Assembly: GCA_020725105.1 (NCBI GenBank)
Contig: DYFQ01000011.1
Coordinates: 1,062-65,061 of the forward strand
Length of the DNA stretch: 64,000 bases
DNA from: Symbiobacterium thermophilum
GTDB lineage: Bacteria > Bacillota > Sulfobacillia > DYFQ01
Direction of reading: 5' to 3'
Shown here: positions 51,581-61,979 of the stretch, piece after piece
Layout: each line of letters begins with the position of its first letter
Numbering within the stretch: the first letter of the stretch is position 1
Notes under the pieces: model-generated
The model's input: the letters and a program-made list of their open reading frames with translations, nothing else
Told to the model about the DNA's origin: nothing
The model's database searches: none
Position numbers and translations under genes: made by a program

Positions 51581-52665
51581 GCCATCTCTCCACTCAGCCT
51601 GGCCACGATCAGCCGTGCAGCTGTCCCGTTTCCGTAAGGAGTGGCCTCGGCCCCTTTTTTCCCCACCATTTCTAGGATGGCATGGGCCACCACGGTCCCA
51701 CTCACGGGAAGGCAGAGCCGGTTCCAACCCAGCTCCACAAGCTCAACCCACTCGGTTTCCCCACGCAGGGTCACGCAAGGGACACGATAGAAGAAGGCTT
51801 CCCTTTGCACCCCACCCGAGTCGGTGGCAATCAGGCGTGCGTGCTTCTCCAGCATTACCATATCTAGGTATCCTACGGGTTCAATCAACCGTAGACGGGC
51901 ACCAGTGAGCCCAAGGAGCCCCTCTGCCTCAAGGGCCTTTCGAGTGCGAGGATGCACGGGAAAGGCCACCGGTATCTCCGCAGCTACCTGGGCCAGCCCC
52001 TCCACTATTGCCCGAAGGTGCTCAGGAGCATCTGTGTTCTCTGCGCGGTGTACCGTAGCCAGGATATAAGTTCCCGGCTGCAATCCCAAGTGATGAAGAA
52101 TCTGGCTTCTCCCGTCGGCCTTTTCCCCGTAATAAAGCGCTGCATCGTACATCACGTCGCCCACCAAATGAATGCACTTTTCAGGAATCCCCTCCTGCCG
52201 TAGGTTGGCCACGGCGTTCTCAGTGGGGGCAAAGAGCAACTCCGAGACATGGTCAGTAAGCACGCGGTTAATCTCCTCGGGCATGCGCCGGTTAAACGCC
52301 CGGAGTCCAGCCTCCACGTGAGCAACAGGTGTGTGAAGCTTGACCGCGGCCAGCGCTCCGGCCAGCGTCGAGTTGGTATCGCCGTAGACCAGCACCCAGT
52401 CAGGTTTCTCTTGCAGCAGCACCTGCTCGACCTTCTCCAACGTCCGAGCAGTCTGAGCCCCGTGTGTGCCGGAGCCTATTCCGAGGTTGTAGTCCGGTTC
52501 GGGGAGTTCCAGTTCCCGGAAGAACAACTCAGACATATTCTCGTCGTAGTGCTGCCCCGTGTGGAGCAATACCTCCATCACCCCTGGCGCGGCTCGCAGC
52601 GCCCGCGAAACGGCCGCCGCCTTGATGAACTGGGGCCGGGCGCCGATAACGGAGACTACTTTCAT
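51577..52665 (-). CDS. wecB: UDP-N-acetylglucosamine 2-epimerase (non-hydrolysing)
   Basis: MKVVSVIGARPQFIKAAAV, LHTGQHYDENMS, VLVYGDTNSTLAGALAA, VAHVEAGLR, TDSGGVQREA. Confidence 0.92.
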   Translation of the reverse strand: MKVVSVIGARPQFIKAAAVSRALRAAPGVMEVLLHTGQHYDENMSELFFRELELPEPDYNLGIGSGTHGAQTARTLEKVEQVLLQEKPDWVLVYGDTNSTLAGALAAVKLHTPVAHVEAGLRAFNRRMPEEINRVLTDHVSELLFAPTENAVANLRQEGIPEKCIHLVGDVMYDAALYYGEKADGRSQILHHLGLQPGTYILATVHRAENTDAPEHLRAIVEGLAQVAAEIPVAFPVHPRTRKALEAEGLLGLTGARLRLIEPVGYLDMVMLEKHARLIATDSGGVQREAFFYRVPCVTLRGETEWVELVELGWNRLCLPVSGTVVAHAILEMVGKKGAEATPYGNGTAARLIVARLSGEMA

Positions 52666-53879
52666 GCTTTTGGCCTCGCACAGTCAGCGAAACGCAAGGC
52701 CAGCTCGGCCACGACCTCTCCGAGGTTGAAACTTTGGTGCACGCGCTGCCTGCCGGCCTCCGCCACTTGTTGTCGCAGCGCCGGGCCCCGCGACAGTCGA
52801 TCTATGGCCTCCGCCAAAGCTGGCGGGTCCTTGGGCGGCACCAGCACCCCTGCGCCCTCTCCCAATAGCTCGGGGATTCCTCCGGTGTTGGTGGAGATGA
52901 CAGGGATCCCGCAACTCATGGCCTCCATCAGGGAGACGGGGATGCCCTCTCTTACACCAGCCTGGGCCTCTATGCTCGGTAAGACCATCAGGTCCCATGC
53001 TCCGGCCTGTAGCTGCGCCATTAACCGCTCGTGGGGAACAGGACCTAAGAACTTGACCTCTTCCTCCAGTCCATAATCCCTTACCTTACGCTCGATGGCA
53101 GCTCTCAAGGGCCCGTCCCCCGCCAGGTCCACACGCACCCGCACACCCCGGCCACGTAAAAGCCGCACTGCCTCAACCAGGTACACGTGCCCCTTTTTCT
53201 CGACGAAGTTCGCAGCCATGACTGCACGAAAAGCGTCACTGGCCGCCGATGCGCGGCCCCGCCCCGTGGTCGGCGGGAGAGCCACGCCCATGTGGATGAC
53301 GTACGGCTCCCAGTTAGGCAGGTTAGCGAGTGCTGCGAGTTCCTGCGCCCCGGGGCGGTCGATGGCTCGGGCGAAGGCAGCCCGGCGGGCCTTCAGGGCT
53401 ATAAGGTTGTTCTCCGCGATGTCCCAGCGGTGGGCGGTAAAGCTCCACGGCACCCCGGCCAGCTCGCCGGCCACCAGAGCCATGGTGGCGGTGGTAGTTG
53501 CCCAGTGGGCATGGATATGCTCCGCCTGCCACTCCCGGGCCATAGAGGCCAGCCACAGTCCCTTCGGATAGACCACAAGGTTCTTGGCCAAGATGCGCAA
53601 GCTGCCGCTCCGCCATAAGAGGGCAAGCACGGAAAGGGCCTTCAGTGGCGCTAACGCCAGGATTCTCAGCGCGGCCCTCATGATCTCCCATGACAGCAAC
53701 GGCTCCGTGTGTGTGCAGGCCCGCAGGGTCTTGGCCTCTTCGTGGAACACCGCCCCTCTGGGATACATGGGCACCAGCAAGACCTCGTGTCCCTGCCGCT
53801 TGAGCTCCTGGATTTCGGGAATAATGAACGCCTCTCCCGGCCCATAAGGTAGACTTGAGGTAACATAGATAATTCTCAT
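52662..53879 (-). CDS. GT4-family glycosyltransferase
   Basis: Internal ATG at 53879 overlaps the upstream stop (ATGA). MRIIYVTSSLPYGPGEAFI and the C-terminal VLPSIEAQAGVREGIPVSLMEAMSCGIPVISTNTGGIPEL. Confidence 0.85.
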   Translation of the reverse strand: MRIIYVTSSLPYGPGEAFIIPEIQELKRQGHEVLLVPMYPRGAVFHEEAKTLRACTHTEPLLSWEIMRAALRILALAPLKALSVLALLWRSGSLRILAKNLVVYPKGLWLASMAREWQAEHIHAHWATTTATMALVAGELAGVPWSFTAHRWDIAENNLIALKARRAAFARAIDRPGAQELAALANLPNWEPYVIHMGVALPPTTGRGRASAASDAFRAVMAANFVEKKGHVYLVEAVRLLRGRGVRVRVDLAGDGPLRAAIERKVRDYGLEEEVKFLGPVPHERLMAQLQAGAWDLMVLPSIEAQAGVREGIPVSLMEAMSCGIPVISTNTGGIPELLGEGAGVLVPPKDPPALAEAIDRLSRGPALRQQVAEAGRQRVHQSFNLGEVVAELALRFADCARPKA

Positions 53880-54874
53880 CGCAACACCACCTCCGGCGGC
53901 CGGCGCAGTTTCTGATACACCTTCAGGGCCACTGCCTTTGTACAGTTCAGGCGCGAAGCAGCCTGATGCTCGAAGAGCTGCCGCCACCACCTGAGGCTTT
54001 CCGCGTGTTCTGGGAATGTCAGCTCAAGGGCCTTGAACTGAGCGATATGCAACTGGTGATAAAAGGGACTGGCAAGGTTGCCGGATGTATCGTAATAGGA
54101 CCAAAAGCCAGCGTTAAACTGCGGCAGGCAAGCCACCAGCGCCCGTAGACTGGCCTGAAGCGCTGCCTCCACCCGGCAGGCATCCTGCGTCCTGGCCTTG
54201 GCCGCTAGCAGATAGTCGTAAAGTCCGTAGAGCGCAAATATCCAGCCGTTGAGTATGGTGTTATGGGGTTCCTGCGGCGCCTCTTCCAGCACCAGCCCCT
54301 CCGGGCATACCCGGCAAGTCCCCCCTTGCTGTACAGCCGCAAGCAAGGGGCCCAGGGCCCGTCGTGCGCCTTCCAGGTATTCCTCCCGTTGAGTCAGATG
54401 ATAGGCGCGTACCAACACCGAAATGCCCTCGCCCTGGCTCATGGCCGAATGGGGGGAGGCAGCCTTAAGCCCCACCAGGGGCCAGATTGGGTAGCCGCCA
54501 TTTTCGTCCTGTGCCCTGAGCGCCCAACCTGCCAGCTTGAGAAAGGCGGCCCGATCGGCCTCATATGTGCGCCCGCTCTCCAGCCACCTGTCCCAGTGGC
54601 CCAGCGCCTTTTGCAGCAGGGTGGTGGGGAAGTAAATGAACCTACCCTGGACATCCTGGTTTAGTGGCAGGCCATCGCCATCCACCGGACCTGTCCAGTG
54701 CGCCTTGGCTGTTAAGTCATTGTAGTAGCCCAGGAGCTGCCCGGGGGCAAACTGCCGGCCCAGCCCCTGTTCCGCGTGCCAGTAGCTGCGGCCAGCCACC
54801 ATCCCTCCCCAATGGCGAATTAACCTGGCGTAGAGTTTAGCGCGGCGCCAGTAAGTTCTCATAAAGCTCTTCAT
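53876..54874 (-). CDS. D-glucuronyl C5-epimerase C-terminal-domain homologue
   Basis: SAMSQGEGISVLVRAYHLT, EEAPQEPHNTILNGWIFALYGLYDY and YHQLHIAQFKAL align with my recollection of human GLCE ([52 protein letters not shown]). Confidence 0.75.
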   Translation of the reverse strand: MKSFMRTYWRRAKLYARLIRHWGGMVAGRSYWHAEQGLGRQFAPGQLLGYYNDLTAKAHWTGPVDGDGLPLNQDVQGRFIYFPTTLLQKALGHWDRWLESGRTYEADRAAFLKLAGWALRAQDENGGYPIWPLVGLKAASPHSAMSQGEGISVLVRAYHLTQREEYLEGARRALGPLLAAVQQGGTCRVCPEGLVLEEAPQEPHNTILNGWIFALYGLYDYLLAAKARTQDACRVEAALQASLRALVACLPQFNAGFWSYYDTSGNLASPFYHQLHIAQFKALELTFPEHAESLRWWRQLFEHQAASRLNCTKAVALKVYQKLRRPPEVVLR

Positions 54875-55982
54875 ACCGTTTGGCCATCACCTTTACACAA
54901 AACTGTTCTTCTGCTCGCTTGGCAGCTGCCATGCCCAGCTCCCGTCGCCTAGCTGCATCGTGCAGCAGAACAGACATTGCCACAGCGAGGGCTGCGGGAT
55001 CGCCCGGAGGGACAAGCAGACCCGTAGCGCCGTCTACCACCAGTTCCGGCACACCTCCCACTGCCGTAGCGATCACCGGGTTTCCCGCAGCCATGGCCTC
55101 CATCACTGCCAGGGGATTCCCCTCCCAGCTGGAGGAGAGCACAAAAACATCGCAAGCGCCCAGTATCTCAGGGATATCGGTCCGTACCCCCAGAAAACTC
55201 ACCCTGTGACCCAGCCCCAGAGCCTCAGCCTGAAGTTCAAGCTCGCGGCGCTTCTCACCATCGCCCACCAGGAGAAGCCACCCCTTCTCCTTGGCGTCTG
55301 GCACGCGGGCAAACGCATCAAGGAGCAACTGCTGGTTCTTTTGCACTGTGAGGCGCCCTACACACGCAAACACAACTTCTTCGGCCCCGATGCCCTCCCG
55401 CCTCCGCCACTCTGCCCGTGTCATCGCGGGAGAGCGGTAGGCCTGGAGAGGAATGCCGTTTGGAATGAGCGGCACTCTTGTGAGCCGGTAGACGCGGTTG
55501 AGACTGACCGCCACCTCCGAGGCGATGGCTACCGGAACCACTCCGAGGCTGAACGCCAGGCGGTGGACCAGCTTCCCGGGAGCGTCCACCTCTTTTTCAG
55601 CCAGATTATGCACTGTGTGCACCTTTCCCCGAATCCGCCGGTAAACCACCGGCGGCAAGACATAGCGCAAGACGTATCTATGAGTGTGTACGATGTGGGG
55701 ACGAAACCGGCGGAGCACGGCATCTATCCGGGAGTACATCCTCGGATCGAAACTGCGTCTCTTCCCCAAGTACCACACGGGAATGCCGCTCCGTTCCAGG
55801 ATGGCCTCCAGGTCAGACCCCACCCGGTCAAACATGCTGACCGCCGCCACCTCAAAACGTTCCCGGTTGAGACTCTGCATCAGGTGCACGGCCATGCGCT
55901 CGGCCCCGCCGGGGCCGAAGTTGGGTAGGATATGAAGGGCGCGCAACCTTTTCACGAGGCGCTCCTCAGCCAGCGTGTTCAT
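54837..55982 (-). CDS. GT4-family glycosyltransferase
   Basis: LHILPNFGPGGAERMAVHL and SSWEGNPLAVMEAMAAGNPVIATAVGGVPELV. Confidence 0.85.
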   Translation of the reverse strand: MNTLAEERLVKRLRALHILPNFGPGGAERMAVHLMQSLNRERFEVAAVSMFDRVGSDLEAILERSGIPVWYLGKRRSFDPRMYSRIDAVLRRFRPHIVHTHRYVLRYVLPPVVYRRIRGKVHTVHNLAEKEVDAPGKLVHRLAFSLGVVPVAIASEVAVSLNRVYRLTRVPLIPNGIPLQAYRSPAMTRAEWRRREGIGAEEVVFACVGRLTVQKNQQLLLDAFARVPDAKEKGWLLLVGDGEKRRELELQAEALGLGHRVSFLGVRTDIPEILGACDVFVLSSSWEGNPLAVMEAMAAGNPVIATAVGGVPELVVDGATGLLVPPGDPAALAVAMSVLLHDAARRRELGMAAAKRAEEQFCVKVMAKRYEELYENLLAPR

Positions 55983-57318
55983 GTCTGGTTTTCTTTTGGT
56001 ATGACTGGGAACAAAGACTCAAACTCAGACCAACAAAAGCCCAGTACCATTCCTGGAGGCGTAGAATGAAAAAGCTCGGGCTTCCAACACCTGTGGCCAG
56101 CAAGAGAAGAGTCCACAAAAGAAGCATCCAACAGATCTTACCTGGTATGCCTCCCTGACTTCGGTTCCGCCATGCATGTTTAAGAATGCTGTAGACCAAC
56201 CAAAGGAAAACACCCAAGCCGATAATTCCTCCCCTGTAGAGCACGGATATATAGATGGAATCGCCCACAAAGGCACCCTCGCGCTCGGTAAGTCCCCATC
56301 CGATGACCGGTCGATGTTGAATAGCTTCATACGTTCCCTTAAGTATACCACCTTGTGCGTCATACCGGGTATAGAAAAGCGTACCAGAGAGGATCCTATT
56401 AACCTGGTAACCGAGGCTTCCCGCAAAAGTTGCTTGTTGCGTAAAATACAGCAAGCCCACAATAACAAATGTGCCAGCAACACCAGCACTACCTATAGCG
56501 AACCGAAAGCAATGCCTGGGATATCGGTATCCCACAAGGAGCACCAACGTCGCCATAACAAGCACTGCCCCCGCGAGAAAGGTGGTCGTGAGCGTTGTAA
56601 TGCCAGTTACAACTGCTAATCCGAACACCAAATACAGAAACCATTTGCCCCCGAAGGTGGGTGAGCCAGTCAAGAGACCGAATCCCGCGGTTGTCAATAC
56701 CAACAGCCAATAAACGGCATTGTAAACAGGCGATTCGAAAACGCCTGTGCTACGAATAATTACACCTCGCTCTTCCAAAAGCCTAAACACCGGCGAGCGA
56801 CTCGGAGAAGTGTATCCCTGCAAGGTAAGTTGCTGAGTGATATCTACGCCCAGCGTTTGCCCGATGCTCAGGAGAGCGATAGGAATGCTAAGCCAGAGGA
56901 ATGCTCGCGAAACATGCGAGGCGAGCTTCTCATCAATCGAGACATTGAGGACCAGAAAGGCGACAATCAAAGGGCGAAGTAGGCCATAGAAAGAAACCAT
57001 AATTTGCCCTAAAGAACCTTCAGCCTCACCATTCAAAAGTGCAAAAACCGCGGACATGCTGATGATCCCAAGAAAGAGCACGTACTTTCCTAATACTGAG
57101 TGCCCCCTAAAGGCAAGCCCCGCGACGGATTTGCGCAGGAAAAGCAGAAGAAAAAGCCACAAGCAGTAGATCAGCTCAAATCGCACAGCCGCCGTTTCTC
57201 CGAGCCACAGAGCAGGGAAAATAAGGGCACCGACAAGATAGAGAATCATCCCCAAGCGCAACGACAGCAGCGCTATTCCCATCAGGGCGGCCAATGCCAA
57301 GAACCAGAGGACCTGCAT
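55966..57318 (-). CDS. Wzy-type O-antigen/repeat-unit polymerase (Wzy_C family membrane protein)
   Basis: About 11 TM segments. HRPVIGWGLTEREGAFVGDSIYISVLYRGGIIGLGVFLWLV resembles the Wzy_C core. Confidence 0.65.
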   Translation of the reverse strand: MQVLWFLALAALMGIALLSLRLGMILYLVGALIFPALWLGETAAVRFELIYCLWLFLLLFLRKSVAGLAFRGHSVLGKYVLFLGIISMSAVFALLNGEAEGSLGQIMVSFYGLLRPLIVAFLVLNVSIDEKLASHVSRAFLWLSIPIALLSIGQTLGVDITQQLTLQGYTSPSRSPVFRLLEERGVIIRSTGVFESPVYNAVYWLLVLTTAGFGLLTGSPTFGGKWFLYLVFGLAVVTGITTLTTTFLAGAVLVMATLVLLVGYRYPRHCFRFAIGSAGVAGTFVIVGLLYFTQQATFAGSLGYQVNRILSGTLFYTRYDAQGGILKGTYEAIQHRPVIGWGLTEREGAFVGDSIYISVLYRGGIIGLGVFLWLVYSILKHAWRNRSQGGIPGKICWMLLLWTLLLLATGVGSPSFFILRLQEWYWAFVGLSLSLCSQSYQKKTRHEHAG

Positions 57319-58614
57319 TCACCACCTCTCCCCGAGAATGGCGTTAAGCAAAGCGAGACCCTTGCTCTCCGCTTCCTCTCGAAGCTTTTCAATCATCAAC
57401 AAAATCGCTTCTCTGAACAAAACGTGGTTTTCGAAAATGTCCTGTATCTTTGATTTCATACTCTCCACATTCAGGTTATTTATATCGAAAACAAATCGCT
57501 CCAAGCCCAAGCTTTTCATAATTCCAAACGTCTTCGGTCCAAAATATGAGATCGCTATCACCGGCGTGCCGCTCAACAGCGCAAAAATCACTGAATGAAA
57601 CCTAGTGCCGATCAGCAAACGCGCAGAAGCATACAAGCGGATCAAATCATACGCAGTCAATCCTTCAGTATCAAAGGCCTGTACATTCTCTTTTGCCTCT
57701 ATCATTCGATATAAATATTGGACAGCGATGCGATCATCTTCTTCCGGAGTTGGCCCTATCGTATGGCTAACCAACCAAATTTTGTATCCCTCCGCAGACA
57801 GCCATGTTACAATAAACGCCATTGCTTTCATATAATTCTCAAATGTGTTCCGGTTATCAAAGCCCCACTGTCTTGGCGTTATAATCACGGGACGTTGGTC
57901 AAAGGCCAATTCTTTCCCTCTACCATCTCGCGATAAAATAAACGCTGCATCAGCTATGAGATGAATCGGTCGTGTTACACCGAGGTTCTCTAAAGACCGT
58001 AGCGAAATTCTCTCTCGAACAGAAAGGACGTCCAAGCGGTTGAAGAACCACTTTGCAAGGAGCTGGCAAAGCCTTCCGCGAAATGGTCCGACCGATTGAG
58101 CATACAAGGCTGTTTTCTTCCTCAGTCTGGCCCCCAAAAGCAGAGGGAACGCATGTTTAAAAAAGCCGTACATTGCCTGGAGTGAACACTGAGAGAAATA
58201 GAAGACATGTCCCCCTTTGCTCAATAAAGCATCGCATTCGATAAGCTTCCTCCAGGTTTTGCCCTTCGCTCCACGGAACAAATAATGTCCCATTGCTGGC
58301 ACCGCCAGCACTGCGCACGAGATCACAAACGTCAGCATCGCGTTTATCGCTTTCTGGATTTTTCTTTCACCTTTTGGATAGGGAAAGAGCGCTGGCAAAA
58401 TCTGCACCTCAGGATGATGCAACCTGATAGCCCAGTAGGAGGATGCGAATCTGGCGTCCGCTTCGCCAAATTCGGACATCACGCATATAAAACAATCCGG
58501 AAGATGCTTTCTAATCAACCATATCATTCCCAATAGAATGGCACTATCTCCCCTATTCATGTCTGACCAACCATTAACGATGACAAATTTGGCGTTGCCG
58601 ATTTTAACCATCAT
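57319..58614 (-). CDS. Polysaccharide pyruvyl transferase (PS_pyruv_trans, WcaK/CsaB-like)
   Basis: ATG-ATG at 58614/58611 follows AAGGGG. FVIVNGWSDMNRGDSAILLGMIWLI (GxxNxGDxA motif) and LIGTRFHSVIFALLSGTPVIAISY. Confidence 0.75.
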   Translation of the reverse strand: MMVKIGNAKFVIVNGWSDMNRGDSAILLGMIWLIRKHLPDCFICVMSEFGEADARFASSYWAIRLHHPEVQILPALFPYPKGERKIQKAINAMLTFVISCAVLAVPAMGHYLFRGAKGKTWRKLIECDALLSKGGHVFYFSQCSLQAMYGFFKHAFPLLLGARLRKKTALYAQSVGPFRGRLCQLLAKWFFNRLDVLSVRERISLRSLENLGVTRPIHLIADAAFILSRDGRGKELAFDQRPVIITPRQWGFDNRNTFENYMKAMAFIVTWLSAEGYKIWLVSHTIGPTPEEDDRIAVQYLYRMIEAKENVQAFDTEGLTAYDLIRLYASARLLIGTRFHSVIFALLSGTPVIAISYFGPKTFGIMKSLGLERFVFDINNLNVESMKSKIQDIFENHVLFREAILLMIEKLREEAESKGLALLNAILGERW

Positions 58615-60643
58615 TACGCCCCTTGTGTAAAAGCCACAGCACCTCACCCTGAAACCACCTTGTGGCTTGCCGCAGCGCACCATTGAAGGCATTTAAACCG
58701 CTCTTACCACTCCGACCCAAAGCAAAATTAGGTACTTCGTGTAGATCTTCCACCAACTCTAAGGGAACGCCGTTCAGATCCGATGATACATCAAGAACCA
58801 TCAAGGCGAATATTTTCCACAGCTGGTGCGGTAAAAGAACCCTCTGTGACAGTGTTGCCTGAAGCCTAGATACATCAATGAGTTCGGGAAGCTCTCGAGT
58901 GTAACGGAGAAGCAAAGGAATCAGAACCTCCATGGTGACAGCAAAAGCATTCGGCTGAATATAGAAGCCGCGCTTTCGCTGGAACCATTGGATGTAAGAA
59001 GGTACACGATTATCGTCAATGATCTTGCGCGAAACGTATTTCGACCACCCCTCATGAGTTAAAAGCAGGGGATCCGCATTATGGGTGAGTTCTACGAGGC
59101 GGTGATCCAGAAATGGTGGACGGATCTCCAGACTCCACCGCATTCCGTTGCGATCCGCGTCACGAAGCAACGAGGGGAGCTCCCACAGGTAAAGGGCTAC
59201 CTGTTGACGATCGCGCCATGTACACGCACTGGATGCTGCAAGCAGCACATCGTTCCGGTGGGGAAGCAGGAGTCGATTATGGCGAAGCAGCGCAACAAGA
59301 TCACGATCGTAGCGCAAATAAGGGTTGCGAAACTGCCTTCCTAACAACCACATTCTTATAGGGGTGGTGTTCCCATTCTGCAAGGTCCCGGTCAGCCATG
59401 GTAGCAATTCTCGGTAACGGCGCTGCTGCACAAACTGGCAAAGGACGGGATAGTAGAGCCAAGGATACCCCAAAAAGACTTCATCACCACCTTGTCCATC
59501 CAAAACGACACGAATGCCATCCTGGGCGATCTGCCTGTAGAGAATATACTGGACCACACTCCCCGGTGAAACCAGTGGCTCTTCGTTCGTCAAGACGAAA
59601 GCCACCATATCTTGCGGAGTGAGCTCAGTCGGAAGGGAGACCACTTTTAGCCGAAGGTTATTTCTTATTGCTACGTCCTGCGCAAATTCCAGTTCGTTTT
59701 CGTACAGTGGGCTGGGGTCCAATGTATAAGCAGTAAGTTGTTGTTTCCCTGCCAGCCATCGCGCGGAAGCCGCTGCGATATTAGTTGAATCAATACCCCC
59801 GCTCAGGGTTAGCGCTAGAGGGGCATCGCTCCTCAAGACCAAACGCACAGCGTCCATGAAAGTCTCCCTTGTTGCTTCCACAAGCTCCTCGGGAGAAGCG
59901 GTTGAGCTGTCCTGAATACAATAATAGGATTTGTCAGTAAGCGCTCCTTGGCGATATCGAAGCATGGTAGCGGGCGGAACCTGAAATATGCCATTGTAGA
60001 AGGTCAACTTGCCCCCCGCTGTAGGGATCCCGTAAGCCAAATAGTATTCCACAATCTCTCGAGACCAAGCTTTCCTCACCAAGCCTGAGGCAAAAAGCGC
60101 TTTAATCTCCGATGCGAACAGCAGCCAATCTCCGACGATAGTGTAATACAAAGGCTTAATGCCAAAACGATCCCGACAAAGGACCAGTTCTCGCCTTTGT
60201 GGTGAGAGCAAAGCAAAGGCCCACATGCCTATCAAAGAGGCCAGACACTTCTCTTCTTCTCGCTCCCACAACTCTAAAAGAACTTCGGTATCCGTGTCTG
60301 ATTTCCAAGCCAAACCGGGAGCTACCTGCTTTAGCTCTATGAAGTTGTATATCTCCCCATTAAACGAGATCCACCACTGCCCAGAGTGAGACCTCATAGG
60401 CTGCTGACCAGCGAGCGACCTATCTAAGATGGAGAGTCGCCGATGACCAAGCGCCGCCCAACACGAATCTGGCCGTCCATGCACCTCATTGGAGCACACC
60501 AGCTCTGGAATACCGCTGAAAGGGAATAACACGATGCCCTCATCATCTGGACCACGATGAGCCAATGCCCGATGCATTCGCAAGACAGCATCCAAGGGAA
60601 CGGGTCGACCTGTTAATGTAATCATACCGCTAACCCCGCACAT
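58604..60643 (-). CDS. Asparagine synthase family glutamine amidotransferase (AsnB/WbpS-like)
   Basis: MCGVSG (Ntn Cys2) at internal ATG 60643, GPDDEG, FNGEIYNF, DTEVLLELW, RDRFGIKPLYY and LSGGIDSTNIAAA. Confidence 0.85.
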   Translation of the reverse strand: MCGVSGMITLTGRPVPLDAVLRMHRALAHRGPDDEGIVLFPFSGIPELVCSNEVHGRPDSCWAALGHRRLSILDRSLAGQQPMRSHSGQWWISFNGEIYNFIELKQVAPGLAWKSDTDTEVLLELWEREEEKCLASLIGMWAFALLSPQRRELVLCRDRFGIKPLYYTIVGDWLLFASEIKALFASGLVRKAWSREIVEYYLAYGIPTAGGKLTFYNGIFQVPPATMLRYRQGALTDKSYYCIQDSSTASPEELVEATRETFMDAVRLVLRSDAPLALTLSGGIDSTNIAAASARWLAGKQQLTAYTLDPSPLYENELEFAQDVAIRNNLRLKVVSLPTELTPQDMVAFVLTNEEPLVSPGSVVQYILYRQIAQDGIRVVLDGQGGDEVFLGYPWLYYPVLCQFVQQRRYRELLPWLTGTLQNGNTTPIRMWLLGRQFRNPYLRYDRDLVALLRHNRLLLPHRNDVLLAASSACTWRDRQQVALYLWELPSLLRDADRNGMRWSLEIRPPFLDHRLVELTHNADPLLLTHEGWSKYVSRKIIDDNRVPSYIQWFQRKRGFYIQPNAFAVTMEVLIPLLLRYTRELPELIDVSRLQATLSQRVLLPHQLWKIFALMVLDVSSDLNGVPLELVEDLHEVPNFALGRSGKSGLNAFNGALRQATRWFQGEVLWLLHKGRNDG

Positions 60644-60661
60644 AAGTGTTCCCTTCACCTC

Positions 60662-61966
60662 TTATATGATCCGTGAAAGCCACATGCGTTTACACATACC
60701 CCCCAGGACAATCACGCATCCATAGACGATCGCAACGCCCAATGCTCCGAACTTACCAGCCGCTAAGAAGGCCACAGCAACGAGGAGTACCAGTCCCAGC
60801 AAATTGATAACAGCATCAATATCCGGTCTCATCAAAGTGTGCAAGAGCATCGTTTCCAAGTATAACAGCACGGATATCGCGAATGCACCAGCTGTAACCA
60901 TAAATACCGGCAATGCCGCGCGGTATTCTCTGCCTAAGACCAACCACTGTAGGAATGCCAGGGCTACAACCCCTACGGCTGCAACCCCAAGATAGTGTGG
61001 CGCGATGTTCCTAAGTTTCCTTAAATATGTCTTCATCTTTTCTCGCCCCTCAAGAGCGGTCACTTGAGGGAAGAGGACCGCTTGTAACGCTGTGTTCAGG
61101 GTCGAAAACGCCACGGTGAAAGTCATGCCCGCAGAGAAGATCCCCACCTCCGCTACAGAAGCGCGTATGGCAAGAATGAATCGCACAAGGTAGGGCATCG
61201 CTGTATAGGCAATAACCGACAGTGCCACCCACTTGCTGTATCCGAGCAACTCCCTGAGGGCGTCCAGGCTCGCCCCAGGTCGCCTGAGGGGCAGTGCCAT
61301 CATCTCACGCCCTTTGGGTGCCACCCCAACGATGACCAAAATCATCAGGGGAACCGTATAGGTTGCAGCAAGCCAAGCCAGCGGATCTTTGGGGAAGAGG
61401 CTATAAGCTGCGATTAGACACAGGAAGCGAAGACCTGAGTAGGCCCAAATAAGCATTGTGAGCCGCTTAAATGAGCGATATGCTTGCAAGTACGATTGGA
61501 GGTAGGTCCAGAGGAAAAGGAGTCCTCCGCTGAAACACGCAACCGCGAAAAGCTTCTGAGCTTGAAAGCCGACCCCCATGTAACGAACCAGGATGTCGCC
61601 AGAGGGAAAGGATACGATAAGTACAGTAACGAAGAAGAAGATCTTGAATCCTAACGCAGAAGCCAGGATCTCAATCTGTTTCTCCGGTTCGGACTGATAC
61701 TTGTTAAACAAGCGAATCACGCTCAGGTTAAATCCCAAATCACCTATGACCCCGACCAGAGTAGCCACCGAAAAGGCCAACGAAAAGATCCCGAAGCCTT
61801 CAACGCCAAGTTTTCGGGCTGCCATAATGCTGATAATAAAAGCCAGGAGGTTGTTCGCCGCCATGGCTGCGGCAATAGAAGCGATGGGGGCTGCATAAGC
61901 ACGTAAAGATAAGAAAGAACCCAGAGGTCTCGCCCTCCTAGAGGAAACCAACCTGCTCAAACCCAT
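60662..61966 (-). CDS. Wzx-type oligosaccharide flippase (Polysacc_synt family)
   Basis: Internal ATG at 61966 of track ORF 60662..62653. NNLLAFIISIMAARKLGVEGFGIFSLAFSV and about 12 TM segments. The upstream 229 codons of the track ORF are antisense to the IS remnant. Confidence 0.8.
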   Translation of the reverse strand: MGLSRLVSSRRARPLGSFLSLRAYAAPIASIAAAMAANNLLAFIISIMAARKLGVEGFGIFSLAFSVATLVGVIGDLGFNLSVIRLFNKYQSEPEKQIEILASALGFKIFFFVTVLIVSFPSGDILVRYMGVGFQAQKLFAVACFSGGLLFLWTYLQSYLQAYRSFKRLTMLIWAYSGLRFLCLIAAYSLFPKDPLAWLAATYTVPLMILVIVGVAPKGREMMALPLRRPGASLDALRELLGYSKWVALSVIAYTAMPYLVRFILAIRASVAEVGIFSAGMTFTVAFSTLNTALQAVLFPQVTALEGREKMKTYLRKLRNIAPHYLGVAAVGVVALAFLQWLVLGREYRAALPVFMVTAGAFAISVLLYLETMLLHTLMRPDIDAVINLLGLVLLVAVAFLAAGKFGALGVAIVYGCVIVLGGMCKRMWLSRII

Positions 61967-61979
61967 TTTCCGCTTTAAG
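61960..61979. repeat. Left terminal inverted repeat of the IS1634-like element
   Basis: AACCCATTTTCCGCTTTAAG is the reverse complement (19/20) of 63562-63581. Confidence 0.7.
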
